Under the pieces are notes generated by a model. It was not told the DNA's origin. It did not search any database and saw only the letters and a program-made list of their open reading frames with translations. From Marsupella aquatica (lineage: Eukaryota; Plantae; Marchantiophyta): a stretch of 64,000 nucleotides of DNA. Both the position numbers and the translations under genes were made by a program. Positions 60,121 through 64,000 of this stretch are shown here, piece after piece (the first letter of the stretch is position 1; every line of letters starts with the position of its first letter). The stretch spans positions 18,361,880-18,425,879 of the forward strand of contig OZ316895.1 in the NCBI GenBank assembly GCA_973895155.1. The letters are read 5' to 3'.

Positions 60121-60847
60121 AAAAAACTACAAGGTGGGAATCGTGAGGTCTAGGTTCAATCTGTCCCTTCTAACTGTCTTTTGGATTTTGTGCTTATATT
60201 AATTGTGTTCAATTTCACTCTATTGTTGGGTGACCAAATCATACAATCATGTATTAGTTTGTGCACAGTCATGGGCAGTTTAGGTACAGTACCTTCAAGA
60301 ACGTAATCATGAGTGCATCCTTAGATGCTAATTGCTTACATGGGCATGACAAAGAATTATTGAGGTGCTTGTTGAGTGGTCTGAGAGTCCTTGTACAATT
60401 AAAAAAATAAAAAAAACCTTAGAATGGGGTAAGAACTTTTGCTTTTTCCAGGTGTGAGTTTATCTGCACCCACCACAAACACTGCTGGAGAGTGACTTGA
60501 CATATGTAGTGCTGCAAGGTACCAAATGAATAAGTCCTTGGAAATAGAGTGATTCTTCTTTCATGATACACCACTCTCTTCACTTTAAATGAGAGGTAAC
60601 TCTTGTTTTAGACATGCCCAAAGTCAATCATTGGAAAATGACATTAGACATTACTAAATTATGGTTTTGATTGTCCAAATTGGATTTTTTCTCTTAACAC
60701 ATCTAATAGAAGTGTATTTTTTTCGTTGAGCATTTTTGTGATCCACCCCCGGGTCACCCGTCTGGTTTATCTATTCTTTGCCTGGAGCGCCGGCATGGAG
60801 CACGTGAGGTGCTAGGGTAACCTTGCTGGCACCGTGGTCATGACCTT

Positions 60848-61047
60848 CCGATGCAAGAACTAGTTACTGTGGTTGGCACCAACCCCAATATCGTAGTGCC
60901 AAAATAATGTTTTCCGCTGGTCTCGAGTCCAGTTTCAGAAGGACCGATGCAAGAACTACTGTAGTTACTGTGGTTGGCACCAACCCCAATATCGTAGAGC
61001 CAAAATAATGTTTTCTGCTGGTCTCGAGTCCAGTTTCAGAAGGACCG
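60848..61047. repeat. ~100-bp tandem duplication upstream of the carrier gene
   Basis: CCGATGCAAGAACTA...TTTCAGAAGGACCG present twice (starts at 60848 and 60944). Confidence 0.9.
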
Positions 61048-61914
61048 GTCCTCGTATGTTCTGTCCCGACCGCATTGAAACGTATCCTCCCACCATGGAC
61101 CTCAGAAGTTGACATCGCTGGCATTGAATGTCATTGAGCGCTTTGGGATGCATCCAATTCGCTTATCTGTTTTGTGTTGAAATTGGGAAGAACAATAATT
61201 ATTATATGCTGCTATGCTTCAAGGTTGCAGTATGCCACTGCTTAATGTTGCCAGGTAGAGTTTTCCCGACCCCTACAAATTACGAATTTGAACACGCTAG
61301 TGCTTCAATGGACGGTTTTAACTCTGTTCTTCGATGTTTCGGCTTATAGCTAATCTATAATTGGTACACGCTGGTTCTGGGTGAAGAAAGATTGCTGCTA
61401 ATGGATTCCTGTTTTCAATGGGTTTCTTTACCATAGCGTTCGAGCCTTCAAACGATTTTTGGACGGTTCGTTGAGGCTGCCACCCTTCGTCCGTTTGTCC
61501 GGACGTTTGCTTTTGTTTTCCATTGGCCAGTCCGGTTGGTGGGTGCAACAATTGACTGGGGAAATAGCTTGACGGGTCTGACAGTGTTTCAAATTGCCGA
61601 TGATTCAGGCTCGCAGTTGCTTGCTGATCTGCTTCGCCCTACTCGGTCTCTCAAGTTTGGGAATCGCAGTAATTTACACATCACTCTGCTGCTGGTCACC
61701 ATGACTGAGGTCGTATTCCACACTCGCAAATGGAATCTCACAGCGGCAGACGGTCGAAATTGAGTTGAAAAAGACGAATATTGGATTTTGGAGTGAGAGC
61801 CGAGGACGGAGCAGTTGAGCTCGCTTCGCGAAAGCGTTTTCGTTAAGAGTCGTTCGTTTGAGTTGTGGCGAAGGAGGAGGGATTTTATCGAAGGAGGAGA
61901 AAGTTTGGCGACCG

Positions 61915-63919
61915 ATGGAATTCTGGCCAGAATTCCTGGCGGATACCTCGGGCCGAGAATTTGTTGCAGGTGGTGTAGGAGGCATAGCAGGAGTTGTCGC
62001 TGGGCACCCTCTTGACACCGTTCGTATTCGCCTGCAACAGCCGCGAGTCGTACCTAGTCTTGCACCCACGACATGTATGGGCCTTCTTCGTCACATCGCA
62101 AAAACTGAGGGCCCTCTTGCTCTGTATAAGGGCATGACCTCCCCTCTTTCGACCATTGCATTCCAGGTCAAATCCCTTTCGCTTCTACCAAAGCAGTGGA
62201 CTTCGTTCTCCTTTTTTTTATTGGAGATACATGAATTTGTGTAGGGATAGGGGATTGACGGCGAATTCGCTCTTTCCTGGGTAGTGGGTAATTGATTTTG
62301 CCTGAATGATTTTGGAATGAGTCGATGGAGTTCCACGCTTTTCACCGCTTCATCCTTTTGCCCATTGCTCCGCTGGGGTGTTGTTGAATCTGCAAGTCAG
62401 TCATTTTGTATTTTCTAATTAATTTCTTCTTTCATAGTCCTTGATCAGAGGGACCCATCGAACTGTGCAGGAAGTGTCCTTCTGTTGCTGGTTTGCTTCG
62501 TTTTCTAATGACAAATCGTGTCGAGGACCTTCCATTCGTTCCATGTTTGCTTGCTCTCTGCTCGAGTTCGCAAATCCTCTGGGATTTCATTTCTTATGAT
62601 TTGATAAACTTAGGTTACTGTCTATTTCCTTTGTCTGATAGGGTCTGTTAGGTCCCTAAATTGTTCGTGTAATTTGCTCTCCGGCTGCTATCGATCAGCG
62701 TGCTGCAGAGGGAAATTGACCTTTCCCTGTGTGAGAAACTTTAGTCTAAATGGGTGTACGTCCCCTGAGACCAGCTCAACAATGCCTCCGAAGGAATAAT
62801 GGAAGCTTGAATCCTGTCGAGATAACTGCTAGGGATAGTCTATGGCACAAGTCTCACTGGTGTTCATAACAGATGCCTACATCTATACTTATTTGGACAA
62901 TCACGACTGTATTCCTCGCAATAATGAAATTGCGGACGACCGCGCTCTCTACATTTGAGGGTCTTGTTGAGGATGGTCTCTGTCGCAAGTGAGTAGTCCA
63001 AACTTGCGGCTGTAGCAATTGACAGCGGGTGTGACCATCGGACACAAGGCCCTCATTCAGTGCGCAAGTAGCCCAAATAGCGTGTATGACCATCCGACAG
63101 AGTCGCTGGTAGGGCTGGACTTTGTCGCCTCAAGCAATGCAAGGAAGCACAAAACATAAGTCGTGGTCCTAACGGAATTCATTTTTCGCCTTGCAGAACG
63201 CAGTAGCTTTCCAAACGTATGCGGCCTTGTCACGAGTGTTACAAGGGAAACAAACAGATGACCCGCTGTCGTTCGACAAGGTAGCTCTCGCAGGCGTCGG
63301 CGCTGGAACCCTGCAGACTCTGATTCTTACTCCAGTGGACTTGATTAAAATTCGATTGCAATTGCTGACCATCCCAGTTCCTTCCCGGCAAACAGTATCA
63401 GCTCCAGGGCCAGTGGATGTCATGCGAGACATACTGCGACGTGACGGAATCAGAGGTCTCTACAGAGGGCTGGGAATTACGGTGATTCGAGACGCTCCTA
63501 GCCATGCTGTCTACTTTGGGACCTACGAGTTTACTCGCGAGTGGTTGCATCCAGGTTGCCGCAAGAATTGCGATGAGTCGCTGCTGACAATGCTCCATGC
63601 AGGCGGGCTCGCAGGAGCTTTTAGTTGGATTTGCTGTTACCCTCTCGATGTCGTCAAGTCTCGGCTGCAAGGGCAAGGAGGTGGCATTGGGGGTGCGCCA
63701 AGTGCTGGGCTACCCCGTTACAACGGCATAATTGACTGCATGAGAAAGAGCGTCCGCGAGGAAGGACTCAAGGTCTTATGGCGGGGACTTGGCACAGCTG
63801 TGGCGCGTGCGTACCTCGTGAATGGTGCCATCTTCTCTGCCTATGAAATGACTGTCCGATTCTTATCTCCAGGCCCTCCTCGAGACTTAGGGCTGAAAGC
63901 CATAGACATCCCTACTTAG
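61915..63919 (+). CDS. BAC2: Mitochondrial basic amino-acid (arginine/ornithine) carrier; exons 61915-62166 and 63197-63919, 324 aa
   Basis: N-terminus MEFWPEFLA..GREFVAGG resembles plant BAC2; three PxDxxK/R carrier signatures (PLDTVRIR, PVDLIKIR, PLDVVKSR); phase-0 intron CAG|GT...GCAG|AAC. Confidence 0.9.
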
Positions 63920-64000
63920 TCGTCGAACTTCTCCACTTTCGGATAGACTAATCGTTTATCCAATTCGACGGCTCTGTCCGTCGTCGGAATATGGTCGATC

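Overview
Eukaryotic, intron-containing plant DNA. A non-seed plant such as a bryophyte is likely, inferred from the TE lineages and not proven. Most of the window is nested transposable elements, with one clear host gene at the right end (mitochondrial basic amino-acid carrier, BAC2-like, 2 exons). From left to right: (1) the right part of a decayed CACTA/En-Spm element (1-23798), carrying a young intact-LTR Ty3/Gypsy (3802-13859), a small MITE (15016-15302) and a full-length L1-type LINE (16086-23363); (2) unclassified TE pseudogenes with a PMD/Transposase_32-like domain plus coiled coil, a solo LTR, and a truncated LTR element whose LTR holds a second full-length Gypsy (30034-38452); (3) a complete 10.3-kb CACTA element (40058-50393); (4) a 5'-truncated LINE (58710-60120) and the carrier gene. 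The best candidate for an undescribed system is the second CACTA. It carries an intact SET-domain (lysine methyltransferase-like) exon between the transposase-associated exon and the transposase core exons. Phase-0 splice sites would let the shared first exon join either the SET exon or the transposase. Both Gypsy elements also show apparent recoding signals after the protease: a TGA-CAA-TCA readthrough context in one, and G_GAT_TTC plus a pseudoknot (-1 frameshift) in the other. All domain calls come from motif recognition by eye; no searches were run.
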